Assembly: GCA_028823175.1 (NCBI GenBank) | Contig: JAPKBZ010000001.1 | Coordinates: 96,350 to 160,349 of the forward strand | Reading direction: 5' to 3' | Length of the DNA stretch: 64,000 nt | From: Myxococcota bacterium | GTDB lineage: Bacteria > Myxococcota_A > UBA9160 > UBA4427 | Shown: positions 8,391 through 17,989 of the stretch, piece by piece | Layout: each line of letters begins with the position of its first letter | How positions within the stretch are numbered: position 1 is the first letter of the stretch | Notes under the pieces: generated by a model | What the model was told of the DNA's origin: nothing | Seen by the model: the letters and a program-made list of their open reading frames with translations, nothing else | Database searches by the model: none | Translations under genes and position numbers: made by a program

Positions 8391-10324
8391 GATTTTCAAC
8401 TCTTCTGGTAGCCAACCGAGGTGAGATCGCCCGGCGCGTCATTCGCGGCGCCCAGGCCATGGGAATTCGAACGGTGGCGGTTTACGTCGATGCCGATGCC
8501 GAGGCGCCCTTCGTCGACGATGCGGACGAGGCCGTTCGCTTGTCGACTTCCTACCTCGATGGCAAGGCGATCTTGGAGGCGGCCCTGGCGACTGGCGCCG
8601 GAGCCATTCATCCTGGCTACGGTTTCCTTTCCGAGAACGCGAGCTTTGCCGCCGATGTCACTGGTGCGGATATCGCTTGGGTGGGCCCATCTCCGAAAGT
8701 CATCGAGCAGATGGGGGACAAGATCACGGCCAAGGCGCTTGCCGAGAAGGCCGAGGTGCCCACGCTTCCTGGTAGCGAAGATCCCACGGCGGGAGATGCC
8801 GTGGGCTACCCCCTTCTCGTGAAGGCTTCTGCGGGCGGCGGTGGTAAAGGCATGCGAATCGTTCGCTCCGCCGACGACCTGGAAGAGTCCGTCGCTGCCG
8901 CCCAGCGCGAGGCCGCCAGCGGATTCGGCGATGACCGAGTCTTCCTCGAACGATACGTGGCGCGCGCCCGGCATATCGAGATTCAGATTCTCGGCGATTC
9001 TCATGGGGCGGTGGTGCATCTGGGCGAGCGCGAATGCTCGATTCAGCGTCGGCACCAAAAAATTATCGAAGAGTCCCCGTCACCCCGGATCGACCCGGCT
9101 ACTCGCGAGGCCATGGGTGAGGCCGCTCTTCGTTTGGCCCAGATACTTGGATACCAGTCGGCGGGAACAGTGGAATTCCTGCTCGACGATGAAACGGGCG
9201 ACTTCTTCTTCCTGGAGGTCAATACCCGACTCCAGGTGGAGCATCCCGTGACCGAGGCAGTGACTGGGCTTGATCTGGTCCGTGAGCAACTCCGAATCGC
9301 TGCGGGTGAACCCCTTGGTTATAGCCAGACTGATATCGGTTTCCAGGGTGCGGCGATCGAAGCGCGGCTCTATGCCGAAGACCCGGAGAATGATTTCCTT
9401 CCCGCCACCGGAACGCTGGAAGCCTTCGCGCCTGCCGCCTCGCCCGAAGTACGCTGGGACTCGGGCGTCGCTCAGGGTTCGGTCATCGGTGTGGATTTCG
9501 ATCCCATGCTGGCCAAGGTGATCGCCCACGGTCCGACTCGGGCCGAGGCCGCCGGCCGTCTGGCTCTCGCGCTGGAGCGCACTCATCTCGGCGGCTTGAT
9601 CACCAACCGTGATTTCCTGACGGCGACTCTGCGCAGCGCTGAATTTCTGGCAGGCGATACGACAACAGATTTCATCGAGCGGGTGGCACCGCCGAGATCC
9701 CTGTGTCCCTCTCCGGCGGAGCTCGGGCGCGCGGCCCAGGTGGCGGCGCTCTGGGTGAGCCGGGCGAATAGGGCCGATGCAGGCGTGCTGGCCCAAACGC
9801 CCTCGGGCTGGCGCAATGCCCGGATGCCCGACCAGGAGTTGGTCCTTGCCTACGGTGAAGAGCAGGTGCCGGTTCGCTACCGGACCCTGAGGGATGGCCG
9901 GTTCAAGTTTTCCGAGGGAGCCGAAGCTCGCATCCATGCTTGGAGCGAAGAAGGCATTGATGTCGAGATCGGCGGACGCCGAAGCTATGCGCGGGTGACC
10001 CGAGCCGGGGATAGAATCATCGTCCTCGGGCCGAGAGGTGATCTGGAATTCAGCATTGAGCCGCGCTTCGTTCTTCCGGGTTCCGATGAATCCGCGGGTG
10101 GCTTCGTGGCACGGATGCCCGGGAAGGTGATCGATCTCCGAGTGCAGGCCGGCGATCGGGTTTCAGCGGGCCAAACCCTGGTGGTCTTGGAAGCCATGAA
10201 GATGGAACATCCCATGAGCGCCGCCGAGGATGGCGTGGTGTCTGAAGTGCGCATTGCTTTGGGAGACCAGGTTGAAAGTGGAACATTGCTGCTCGTCGTC
10301 GAGGCCGAAGCAGCGGAAGCATAG
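8387..10324 (+). CDS. acyl-CoA carboxylase alpha subunit (biotin carboxylase + biotin carboxyl carrier domain)
   Basis: 645 aa. N-terminus 'LLVANRGEIARRVIRGA', ATP-grasp 'KASAGGGGKGMRIV', and a C-terminal biotinylation motif 'LEAMKMEH'. Confidence 0.92.
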   Translation: MRFSTLLVANRGEIARRVIRGAQAMGIRTVAVYVDADAEAPFVDDADEAVRLSTSYLDGKAILEAALATGAGAIHPGYGFLSENASFAADVTGADIAWVGPSPKVIEQMGDKITAKALAEKAEVPTLPGSEDPTAGDAVGYPLLVKASAGGGGKGMRIVRSADDLEESVAAAQREAASGFGDDRVFLERYVARARHIEIQILGDSHGAVVHLGERECSIQRRHQKIIEESPSPRIDPATREAMGEAALRLAQILGYQSAGTVEFLLDDETGDFFFLEVNTRLQVEHPVTEAVTGLDLVREQLRIAAGEPLGYSQTDIGFQGAAIEARLYAEDPENDFLPATGTLEAFAPAASPEVRWDSGVAQGSVIGVDFDPMLAKVIAHGPTRAEAAGRLALALERTHLGGLITNRDFLTATLRSAEFLAGDTTTDFIERVAPPRSLCPSPAELGRAAQVAALWVSRANRADAGVLAQTPSGWRNARMPDQELVLAYGEEQVPVRYRTLRDGRFKFSEGAEARIHAWSEEGIDVEIGGRRSYARVTRAGDRIIVLGPRGDLEFSIEPRFVLPGSDESAGGFVARMPGKVIDLRVQAGDRVSAGQTLVVLEAMKMEHPMSAAEDGVVSEVRIALGDQVESGTLLLVVEAEAAEA

Positions 10325-10379
10325 AGGGTGATTATTTACGCCCGTCCGTTGAGAGAAAAATGCACTGAGAAGGAGAAAA

Positions 10380-12137
10380 TTGATGGCCAATCCTGTTCGA
10401 GTCGCGAATTGCTCGGGTTTTTTTGGGGATCGGATGTCGGCGGCAAAAGAGATGGTCGAAGGGGGTCCGATCGATTTCCTGACCGGTGATTGGCTCGCCG
10501 AACTCACAATGCTCATATTGGCACGAACCCAGGCCAAGCGGCCGGGCGCGGGCTATGCGCGCACCTTTGTGACCCAGATGGAAGAGGTGATGGGCACCTG
10601 CCTCGACAAGGGAATCAAGGTTGTAACGAATGCTGGGGGCCTCGATCCCGACAATTGCGCCGAAGCTGTCGCCGAGGTGGCGCAGAAATTGGGATTGAAT
10701 CCAAAGATCGCATACGTGCAGGGCGACAATTTGATGCCGCGGATGGACGACCTCATAGCCGCCGATCAGCTCCGCCATTTCGAAACGGGGGAGCCCATCA
10801 AGGAAGCCTCTTTTCTCACGGCGAACGCATATCTCGGGTGTTGGGGCATCGTCGATGCCCTCGAGCGGGGCGCGGATATCGTGATCACTGGCCGAACAAC
10901 TGATGCCGCGGTTGTTTGCGGGCCTGCAGCCTTCCATCACGGTTGGGCGCGTGATGATTGGAATGCCCTGGCGGGTGCTGTGACGGCGGGGCACGTGATC
11001 GAATGCGGAACTCAGGCTACGGGTGGTAATTATTCTTTCTTCACCGAGGTGCCCGGGATGATTCGAACGGGGTTTCCGTGGGCAGACATCGCGGCGGACG
11101 GCTCCTCTATTATTGGGAAGCACGATGGAACCGGGGGCGAGGTGTCCATTGGGACGGTGACATCCCAGCTCCTTTATGAGATCGGTGGCCCCGAATATTT
11201 CGGGCCCGACGTGACCACACGCTTCGATACGATTGAACTCGAACAGGTTGAGCCCGATCGTGTTCGTATGCACGGAATCCAGGGCGAGCCCCCGCCGTCG
11301 ACTCTGAAAGTCTGCATCAACCGCGCCGGGGGGTTCCGTAACGACGTCAACGTTTGTCTCACCGGCCTGGATATCGAAGCCAAAGCGGCTCTGATCGAAG
11401 AGGCTTTTTGGTTGGCGTCACCCTATAACCCGGACGATTACGCCCAGGCTACCACTCGGCTTATGCGCAACGACTGCGAAGATCCCGAGACCAACGAAGA
11501 GGCCGTGGCGATTTTGAAGATCAGCGTCAAGGACCCCGACGCCGCCAAGGTGGGCCGTGCCTTTTCGAATGGAATGGGTGATCTCGCGCTGGCCACGATT
11601 CCTGGCTTCTTTGGGGTGGGGGGTGGTCCGGGCAACGGTCGACCCTTCGGCGTCTATGAACCCGCCTGCATCTCGTCGGCGACCGTTCCCCAGGAAGTGG
11701 CTGTCCTGGGCGAGGAGACCCGAGAGGTTTCTTCTGTGATTCCGCCGGGCGATGTGTCGGTGAGTCCCACTGCGGGCCCGGATGTCGAGGTTCCGACTGG
11801 CCCCACACGCCGAGTCCCCCTTGGCTTAGTCTACGGATCGCGCTCCGGGGACAAGGGCGGCAACGCCAACCTAGGGGTATTCGCTCGGAGCGATGAGGCC
11901 TGGGCCTGGTTGGACGGATTCCTCACTACTGAGAAGCTCCAGGAGTTGCTGCCGGAGACGGCCTCGATGCAAGTGGATCGGCACGCTCTGCCGGCTCTGC
12001 GCTCGCTGAATTTTCTGATTCATGGCCTGCTCGAGGAGGGGGTCGCGGCCTCGACTCGACAAGATGCTCAGGCGAAGAGCCTGGGCGAGTGGCTTCGGGC
12101 CCGGGTCGTCGACATGCCCGAGGCGCTGTTGTCGTGA
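10380..12137 (+). CDS. atuA: acyclic terpene utilisation AtuA-family protein (DUF1446)
   Basis: 585 aa. The N-terminal 'VRVANCSGFFGDRMSAAKEMVEGGPIDFLTGDWLAELTM' is the signature start of AtuA/DUF1446 proteins. Confidence 0.8.
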   Translation: MMANPVRVANCSGFFGDRMSAAKEMVEGGPIDFLTGDWLAELTMLILARTQAKRPGAGYARTFVTQMEEVMGTCLDKGIKVVTNAGGLDPDNCAEAVAEVAQKLGLNPKIAYVQGDNLMPRMDDLIAADQLRHFETGEPIKEASFLTANAYLGCWGIVDALERGADIVITGRTTDAAVVCGPAAFHHGWARDDWNALAGAVTAGHVIECGTQATGGNYSFFTEVPGMIRTGFPWADIAADGSSIIGKHDGTGGEVSIGTVTSQLLYEIGGPEYFGPDVTTRFDTIELEQVEPDRVRMHGIQGEPPPSTLKVCINRAGGFRNDVNVCLTGLDIEAKAALIEEAFWLASPYNPDDYAQATTRLMRNDCEDPETNEEAVAILKISVKDPDAAKVGRAFSNGMGDLALATIPGFFGVGGGPGNGRPFGVYEPACISSATVPQEVAVLGEETREVSSVIPPGDVSVSPTAGPDVEVPTGPTRRVPLGLVYGSRSGDKGGNANLGVFARSDEAWAWLDGFLTTEKLQELLPETASMQVDRHALPALRSLNFLIHGLLEEGVAASTRQDAQAKSLGEWLRARVVDMPEALLS

Positions 12138-12169
12138 ACGCTGCCGAATCCGCCGGGGAGGGAAAGGCG

Positions 12170-12796
12170 ATGCGCTTTCGCCTCCCGGGTGTTCGCCCTC
12201 CGAAGCCGTTGCTCCCCCAAGAAATCGAGCACCGCCTGACAGGCCGTCAGCGTCAACTCCTTGACGAGCTCGAGGAGTTGGTCGTTGCAGAGGGCCTGGT
12301 GGATGTCACCATGGCCCAGATCGCGGCCCGGGTGAACTGTTCGCTCCGTACCCTCTACGAAATTTCACCCAGCAAGGATGAATTGGTGCTGACGGTGACC
12401 GACCGCCGCTTGCACCGGATCGGGCGGGAGGCCATTGAGTCTATCGACCCTGAGTTGCCCCCTCTCGCTTCGCTGCGCAGCTACCTCGCCAACGCTAATC
12501 GGGCTGTGCAATCTGAGAAGGGGGAGATGGCTCGGAGCTTTTCGTCCCTGCCCGGGGCCAGACGAATATTCGACGCCCACGAGAACTACTTGACGGAGAT
12601 CGTTCAGAGGCTGCTCGATCTGGCGGTCGAGGGCGGCGATATCTCGTCCATGGATACCGCCGCAGTGGCCCATGTATTGGCTGGCCTCGGCCAGCAATTC
12701 TCCCACCCCGACGTCCTTCCCATGATTTCGAAGTCGGCCAAGCAGACGGCTGACGATCTTACTGAGATCATCCTGCGAGGCCTCGAGCACGGCTAG
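12170..12796 (+). CDS. TetR/AcrR family transcriptional regulator
   Basis: HTH motif 'VTMAQIAARVNCSLRTLYEISPSKDELV'. ATG 12170 has GGGGAGGGA upstream. An alternative GTG at 12134 overlaps the atuA stop (GTGA). The track ORF begins at 12089. Confidence 0.8.
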   Translation: MRFRLPGVRPPKPLLPQEIEHRLTGRQRQLLDELEELVVAEGLVDVTMAQIAARVNCSLRTLYEISPSKDELVLTVTDRRLHRIGREAIESIDPELPPLASLRSYLANANRAVQSEKGEMARSFSSLPGARRIFDAHENYLTEIVQRLLDLAVEGGDISSMDTAAVAHVLAGLGQQFSHPDVLPMISKSAKQTADDLTEIILRGLEHG

Positions 12797-12841
12797 CGCC
12801 TAGTGTGTGGACGGGCGAGAGGCCACCGCGGAACGCTCCGC

Positions 12842-14029
12842 TCAGCGAATTGAGCTTGGGTCGAGCACACAATGCGTCCCCTGGTAGATCGTCGGGATGC
12901 ATTTGTTGCAGTGGATGCACAGCGCCTCCCCCCGATTCCCCTGTTGCCAGCGGTTTATCAGGTTGGGTTCGCGCAGAAGCGCGCGTCCCAGGGAGACGAA
13001 TTCGAAGCCCTCTGCCAGGGCGGACTCGACGGTAGCGATCTGGCCCAGCCCGCCGAGTAGGATCAGGGGCATTTTGAGTGCACTGCGAAACTGCCGGGCG
13101 TAGGGCAGAAGAAAAGCCGGTTGGAAGGGGTAGTCGCGCAGGAAGCGTCCGGCGCCGAGCTTGAAGCCGGTACGGAGGGGCTGGGGGAAGGCGGATGCCA
13201 TTTCGTGGATGGGGGCTTCGCCCCGAAAGATGTACATCGGATTTTGAAAAGAGCTTCCGGCGGTGAGTTCCAAGGCATCTAGGTGCCCGTCGGATTCAAG
13301 GAGTTCCGCCACGGCGACACTTTCGTCGAGCCAGAATCCGCCCTTGGCCCCGTCGGCCATGTTGAACTTGGCGATCAGGGCCGTCTCATTCCCAATCGCG
13401 TCACGGACGGCTCGGGCAGTCTCCCTCGCCAGGCGAGCCCGATTCTCGAGACTTCCTCCCCAGCGGTCCTTGCGGCGGTTCAGCGATGGGCTGAGAAAAG
13501 AACTGATGAGGTAGCCATGCCCAAAATGCAGTTCGATCGCATCGAATCCCGAATCGACCACAATTTTGGCAGCGCTCGCGAAGTCCTGAATGATTCGTTC
13601 GAGATCGGCTTCGCTGGCGGCCCGAGTGAAGCGTAGGGCCTGGGGCGAGAAGACCTTGGAGGGGGAGAGCCCTTTTTGACCCGCTCCCGCGGCGACGGGA
13701 CCCGCGTGCCCGAGCTGGATCGAGGCAGCGGCGCCTTCTTCGTGGATTGCATCCACGAAGCGCCCGAGGCCTGCTGCAGCCGAGGGGCGGACGATGATCT
13801 CATTAGGCGCTCCCTGCCCATCCGGAGCGACCGCGCAGTAGGCGATCGTCGTCATGCCGACTCCGCCCTGAGCCATTCGCCGATGAAATGTAATCAGCTC
13901 TTCGTTGACTACGTTTTCCGAAGCCAGTCCCTCAAAGGTCGCCGCCTTGATGAAGCGATTGCGAAGGGTAAGCGGACCGAGCTGGGCGCTGTCGAATGGC
14001 TTGAAGGAGGCCTGGGAGTTGGTTTCCAT
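12842..14029 (-). CDS. Old Yellow Enzyme-type NADH:flavin oxidoreductase with C-terminal 4Fe-4S motif (FadH N-domain-like, stand-alone)
   Basis: 395 aa with 'LRNRFIKAATFEG' and 'IELHFGHGYLISSFLSP'. The C-terminal 'CIHCNKCIPTIYQGTHC' is a CxxCxxC...C cluster. It lacks the FAD/NAD(P) C-terminal half. Confidence 0.85.
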   Translation of the reverse strand: METNSQASFKPFDSAQLGPLTLRNRFIKAATFEGLASENVVNEELITFHRRMAQGGVGMTTIAYCAVAPDGQGAPNEIIVRPSAAAGLGRFVDAIHEEGAAASIQLGHAGPVAAGAGQKGLSPSKVFSPQALRFTRAASEADLERIIQDFASAAKIVVDSGFDAIELHFGHGYLISSFLSPSLNRRKDRWGGSLENRARLARETARAVRDAIGNETALIAKFNMADGAKGGFWLDESVAVAELLESDGHLDALELTAGSSFQNPMYIFRGEAPIHEMASAFPQPLRTGFKLGAGRFLRDYPFQPAFLLPYARQFRSALKMPLILLGGLGQIATVESALAEGFEFVSLGRALLREPNLINRWQQGNRGEALCIHCNKCIPTIYQGTHCVLDPSSIR

Positions 14030-14033
14030 GGGT

Positions 14034-14651
14034 TTAGTCCAAGCTTTCGAGCGGGGTTCCGTGGGAACCCAGATAATGAGCCGAAAAAGCGGGACGCTCT
14101 TTGAGAGCCTGATTGATTTCGTAGATTCGCTCGTAGCGCGTATCCTTGATCAGCCAACGTCCATCCACCTTGAGATATCGATCCCAATAGATGGCAGTAC
14201 CCGTCGTGAAAAAGTTGTAATTCATTACCCACATATTATCGGCGAGGTACCAGATCCCCGTGGCCTCGGTTTCACTGAGCATTTGGATCTCGGGATGGTG
14301 GCCGTTATGATGGCCGACGGATTGATCGGTGAATGACTTCTTGACGGACCCGAGATACTCGTCCTTGCCCTGAAGCTTCCATTCGTAGCTTCCACCGACG
14401 AAATGGACAAAGACATCTTCATGGAAGAGCGATCCGAGTTCTTCGAAGTTGGCGGTATCGATACAGCGAAAATAGGCGTGTTTGAGTTGGCGAATCGCTT
14501 CGATGTCCATGAGCATCTGAATACCCTTGCGGAGATCGTCGACGCCTCCGTCGCCGACTTCCAGCGGGAGGCCGTCTTCGATGCCTATGCCCGCGCGTGT
14601 CAGGCTTCGCTGAGTCTTCTTTTCGTCTTTTGCTGCATCGCTCATGGTCAA
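14034..14651 (-). CDS. SnoaL-like / NTF2-fold protein
   Basis: 205 aa. 'DIEAIRQLKHAYFRCIDTANFEELGSLFHEDVF' is a typical SnoaL_4/NTF2 start. It is sandwiched between the two flavin reductases on the same strand. Confidence 0.7.
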   Translation of the reverse strand: MTMSDAAKDEKKTQRSLTRAGIGIEDGLPLEVGDGGVDDLRKGIQMLMDIEAIRQLKHAYFRCIDTANFEELGSLFHEDVFVHFVGGSYEWKLQGKDEYLGSVKKSFTDQSVGHHNGHHPEIQMLSETEATGIWYLADNMWVMNYNFFTTGTAIYWDRYLKVDGRWLIKDTRYERIYEINQALKERPAFSAHYLGSHGTPLESLD

Positions 14652-14686
14652 TCTCTCCTGTGGACTGTTTGCTTCTCGTTGCAGTA

Positions 14687-16837
14687 TCAGCTCTCGGGAT
14701 CATCCAGGGCGAGGGCTGCTTTGAAGCCTTCGTGGATGGCGCCCTCGATATAGCCGACGCCGGTGCAGTCCCCGATAGAGACGACCCGCACAGCGTCCGA
14801 CTTAAGGCGAGTGGACAGATCAAGGTCGGGTTCGAGCCCGAGGGTGACGATGACGCTTTCCGCCGAAATCTCGCGGGATTCTGGCTTCTCGCCTTCGGGT
14901 GAAAGGGTCAGCTCAACGCCATGGCGCGTGATCCGGTCGACGCATGCCCGATTGATGAGTTCGACTCCGGCTTCGCGTAGGTCGTGGAGCACCCGCCATC
15001 GCCGGGGGTGGGCCATCTGGGCGGCGAAGAGTTCCCCCTCCTCCACGAGCGTCACAGAGCGCCCGCGCTCCGCAAGGAATTCGGCGAGTTCGGCCCCCAC
15101 GAGGTCGCCGCCGACGATCACAACTCGCTTACCGATCGGCATGTAGCGGTGGGAAAGCGTACGCAGCCGGCCCGGGCTGCGAAGGATTCCCAAGAGCCTA
15201 CCGGCTCCGATGATCACCCGGTCGAAAATCCCAAGATCCGGTGCCGGTCCGGTAGACGTTTCCCCAGTCATCAGCGCTCGCAGGGAGTCGCCGTCCAGCA
15301 CATGCGGGAGGTCGATTCCTTCGATGGGTGGTTTTTCTCGCCGGGCTCCGGTCGCGACCATGACGACATCGGGTGCTTGCTCGGCGACATCAGCGGTGCC
15401 CAGAGTTCGGCCCAGAACGATTTCGACACCCAGTTCGCGAACCTCGTGCTGCAACCAGTCCAGGAGGCGTTCATTGGGTTCATAGACGAGGGCGGCGAAG
15501 CGAAGGGTCCCACCGAGCTGGCTTGCCTTCTCGTAGAGGGTGACCCTGTGCCCCCGAGTCGCCGCAACCCGGGCGGCCTCGAGCCCAGCAGGGCCGCCTC
15601 CCGCGATCAATACGCGCTTGGGTGTCGATGTCTTTTCACGGAGTCGAGACGACAACTCGGCCTCGTTCGCCGTCACGGGGTTGACCGCACAGCGGACCGA
15701 CCGGTCGAAGAAGGCCTGGGCTACGCAGGTATAGCAATACACGCAGGGGCGAATGGAGGCTTGGCGGCCCTCGGCGAGCTTGATGGGCATGGCCGGGTCG
15801 GCCAGGGTGGGCCGCCCGAAGGCGACCAGATCCGCTGCGCCCCGCTCGATCAACGTGTCGGCGGCTTCGGGAGAGATCCGCCCCACGGCGATGACCGGGA
15901 CCGAAACCCGCGCCTTGATGCCCGCGGCGAGTTCCGCGAAGCCGCTCTCCGCGTGGACGATGGGCGCCAGGGTGAAGCCTGCACCGAGGGGATGCGCGTA
16001 GGCGCTGACATGGATCGCGTCCGCCCCGGCTTCCACCGCGAGTTCAGCCGTGAGCTGGGCATCCGCGGGGCGAATGCCATCCTCTTCTCCGAATTCCACC
16101 GCGTCGATCCGGCACCAGACCGGGAAATCTCCTCCCGTCGCCGCCTTGCAACCCGCGATGACTTCACAGAGCAGCCGCGCTCGATTCTCCAAGGCGCCGC
16201 CGTACTCGTCCTCTCGGAAATTCCAGGCGGGGGAGAGAAACTCCGAGAAAATATATCCGTGAGCGCCGTGGATCTCCACCGCGTCAAAGCCGGCCCGTTG
16301 GGCTCTCTCTGCCGCTGCGGCAAAGTCCTGGACGAGCGCTTGGAGGTCTTCGACTGTGGCTTCGTGGACGGTTGGGCGGCCCTTGCCAGCGGCGGCGGCC
16401 ATGAGCCCCATTTCTTCGAGACTGAGGTCGAGGGGGCCATCGATGCGTAGGCCCTTGCGAGGGGTCGAAGGCATCAGGAGTGGCCGGTTCTGCTGGGTGT
16501 CGAGGCGACCCACCTTTCCATGGTGGGCGAGCTGAATCGCGATTGGCGCGCCGTGGGCATGAACCCGCTCGGTCAATGCCTTGAGCCCCGGCAGGAAATC
16601 GTCGCTCGAGACACCGAGCTCGTGAGCCGAATTTGCACCCCGGGGATAACACGCCGAGGTGTTCTCGGTGATGATGAGTCCGGCGCCACCGCGAGCACGT
16701 TCCTCGTAATAAGCGATGACGGGCTCGCGAACTTTCCCATCGGCCTCGGCGATTTCGACGCCCATCGGCGCCACCGCGATGCGATTGCGGAGTTCGAGAG
16801 TTCCGATTCGGGTTGGGGAAAGTAGGTTTTTCAGCAA
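14687..16837 (-). CDS. 2,4-dienoyl-CoA reductase-like FMN/4Fe-4S/FAD oxidoreductase
   Basis: 716 aa. The OYE domain has 'LELRNRIAVAPMG' and 'VEIHGAHGYIFSEFLSP', the cluster motif is 'CVYCYTCVAQAFFDRSVRC', and two Rossmann motifs follow ('VLIAGGGPAGLEAA', 'VVIVGGDLVGAELAEFL'). Confidence 0.9.
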   Translation of the reverse strand: MLKNLLSPTRIGTLELRNRIAVAPMGVEIAEADGKVREPVIAYYEERARGGAGLIITENTSACYPRGANSAHELGVSSDDFLPGLKALTERVHAHGAPIAIQLAHHGKVGRLDTQQNRPLLMPSTPRKGLRIDGPLDLSLEEMGLMAAAAGKGRPTVHEATVEDLQALVQDFAAAAERAQRAGFDAVEIHGAHGYIFSEFLSPAWNFREDEYGGALENRARLLCEVIAGCKAATGGDFPVWCRIDAVEFGEEDGIRPADAQLTAELAVEAGADAIHVSAYAHPLGAGFTLAPIVHAESGFAELAAGIKARVSVPVIAVGRISPEAADTLIERGAADLVAFGRPTLADPAMPIKLAEGRQASIRPCVYCYTCVAQAFFDRSVRCAVNPVTANEAELSSRLREKTSTPKRVLIAGGGPAGLEAARVAATRGHRVTLYEKASQLGGTLRFAALVYEPNERLLDWLQHEVRELGVEIVLGRTLGTADVAEQAPDVVMVATGARREKPPIEGIDLPHVLDGDSLRALMTGETSTGPAPDLGIFDRVIIGAGRLLGILRSPGRLRTLSHRYMPIGKRVVIVGGDLVGAELAEFLAERGRSVTLVEEGELFAAQMAHPRRWRVLHDLREAGVELINRACVDRITRHGVELTLSPEGEKPESREISAESVIVTLGLEPDLDLSTRLKSDAVRVVSIGDCTGVGYIEGAIHEGFKAALALDDPES

Positions 16838-17089
16838 TTGGGCGTTCCGTGCTTATCGAGCCGGCTCGGCCTCTTGGGTGGGCTTGGATTCTCTCCTCAG
16901 TATGTAGCATCTGCAGCTCGCTTGGGCGGTTGGCGCCTGGCAGGCGTTACACTCTCGCTACGGATTTTGGTTGTCTGTACGGTTTTGGACAGTCTGGCTG
17001 CGAAGACTCTCGGGCCAGGGCATCCGCCCGACGCAGAGGCCAATGAGAGTGGTAGGCTTGAGACAAAACGAGAAGGAGATTGGAGAGCC

Positions 17090-17971
17090 ATGAAGGATTT
17101 GAACGGGAAGGTCGCAGTCGTCACAGGCGGAGCTGGAGGGATAGGAAAAGCGTTGGTCGGGGCGCTCGTTGCTGAGGGCGCGAAGGTCGTCGTTGGCGAT
17201 GTGGAGGAGAAGGTCCTGAATGCAACGGTCTCGGAATTCGCTGATTCTGGAGCGGATATCAAGGGATTCGTCACGGATGTTTCGGATAGTGCATCGGTCA
17301 ACGCCCTGGCTGATCATGTCTTTGAGGTTCATGGGGCCTGTCACCTTCTCTTCAATAATGCTGGCGTTGCGGCTCCCTCGGCGAATGTCTGGGAGACGAC
17401 ACCCAATGACTGGCTCTGGGTTCATGGCGTCAACGTGATGGGAGTCGTCTACGGTGCCCAGGCTTTCGTGCCGCGGATGATCGCGTCGGGTGAAGAAGGC
17501 CATGTCATCAACACGTCTTCCGGGGATGGAGGCATTTCTCCGCTCCCCTTCCAATCGGTCTATGCATCGAGCAAGGCAGCGGTCTCCACGATTACCGAAT
17601 GCCTAGACGCCCAACTCCAGATAGAGCAGACCCAATTGCGGGCATCGATCTTTTATCCGTCGGGCGGTTTGCTCGAGACGGGGATCTGGACGACCGCCCG
17701 AAATCGGCCCGAAGATCTGGCGCGTGAAGAGGAGCCGGCGGTGCCGGCGCCGACGATCGGTCAGTTCAAGGATGCCGCGAAGGCTGCGGGCATGGAGTTG
17801 CATTTTCAAGATCTGGATGATCTGGCGCGGCACTGCCTCGAAGGTATCCGGCAGCAGCAATTCGTCATTATGTTCGGCCACGAAGAGACCGAGGCGACAC
17901 TCAAAGATCGGGCGTCTCGAATTGGCCGGGGAGAATTGCCCTTCGACCTCGCCAGCCTCCCGATGATGTAG
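17090..17971 (+). CDS. SDR family oxidoreductase
   Basis: ATG 17090 is preceded by AAGGAG/GGAGAG. It has 'VAVVTGGAGGIGKA' and 'YASSKAAV' (YxxxK). The track ORF's 84-aa upstream extension (from 16838) is not protein-like. Confidence 0.85.
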   Translation: MKDLNGKVAVVTGGAGGIGKALVGALVAEGAKVVVGDVEEKVLNATVSEFADSGADIKGFVTDVSDSASVNALADHVFEVHGACHLLFNNAGVAAPSANVWETTPNDWLWVHGVNVMGVVYGAQAFVPRMIASGEEGHVINTSSGDGGISPLPFQSVYASSKAAVSTITECLDAQLQIEQTQLRASIFYPSGGLLETGIWTTARNRPEDLAREEEPAVPAPTIGQFKDAAKAAGMELHFQDLDDLARHCLEGIRQQQFVIMFGHEETEATLKDRASRIGRGELPFDLASLPMM

Positions 17972-17989
17972 CCGGATTGCAGTTCGGAG

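Noticed and set aside
7431-11273. Minus-strand ORFs 7431..8399, 8396..9058, 9080..9937 and 10332..11273, opposite the carboxylase and atuA genes.
   Set aside because: All are antisense shadows of strongly supported plus-strand genes, and none has a recognisable domain.
14984-16910. ORFs overlapping the FadH-like gene: antisense 14984..16450 (+, 488 aa) and alternative-frame 16284..16910 (-, 208 aa).
   Set aside because: These are shadow ORFs with no motifs and extreme Arg/Gly/Pro content. The 716-aa reductase frame explains the region.
16838-17089. The 5' extensions of several track ORFs (for example 16838..17089 for the SDR, 38688..38822, 55667..55822, 60736..60966, 61746..61904, 44158..44277).
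   Set aside because: Internal ATGs with good Shine-Dalgarno sequences coincide with the start of family-conserved sequence or signal peptides. The extensions are non-protein-like or overlap neighbouring genes.
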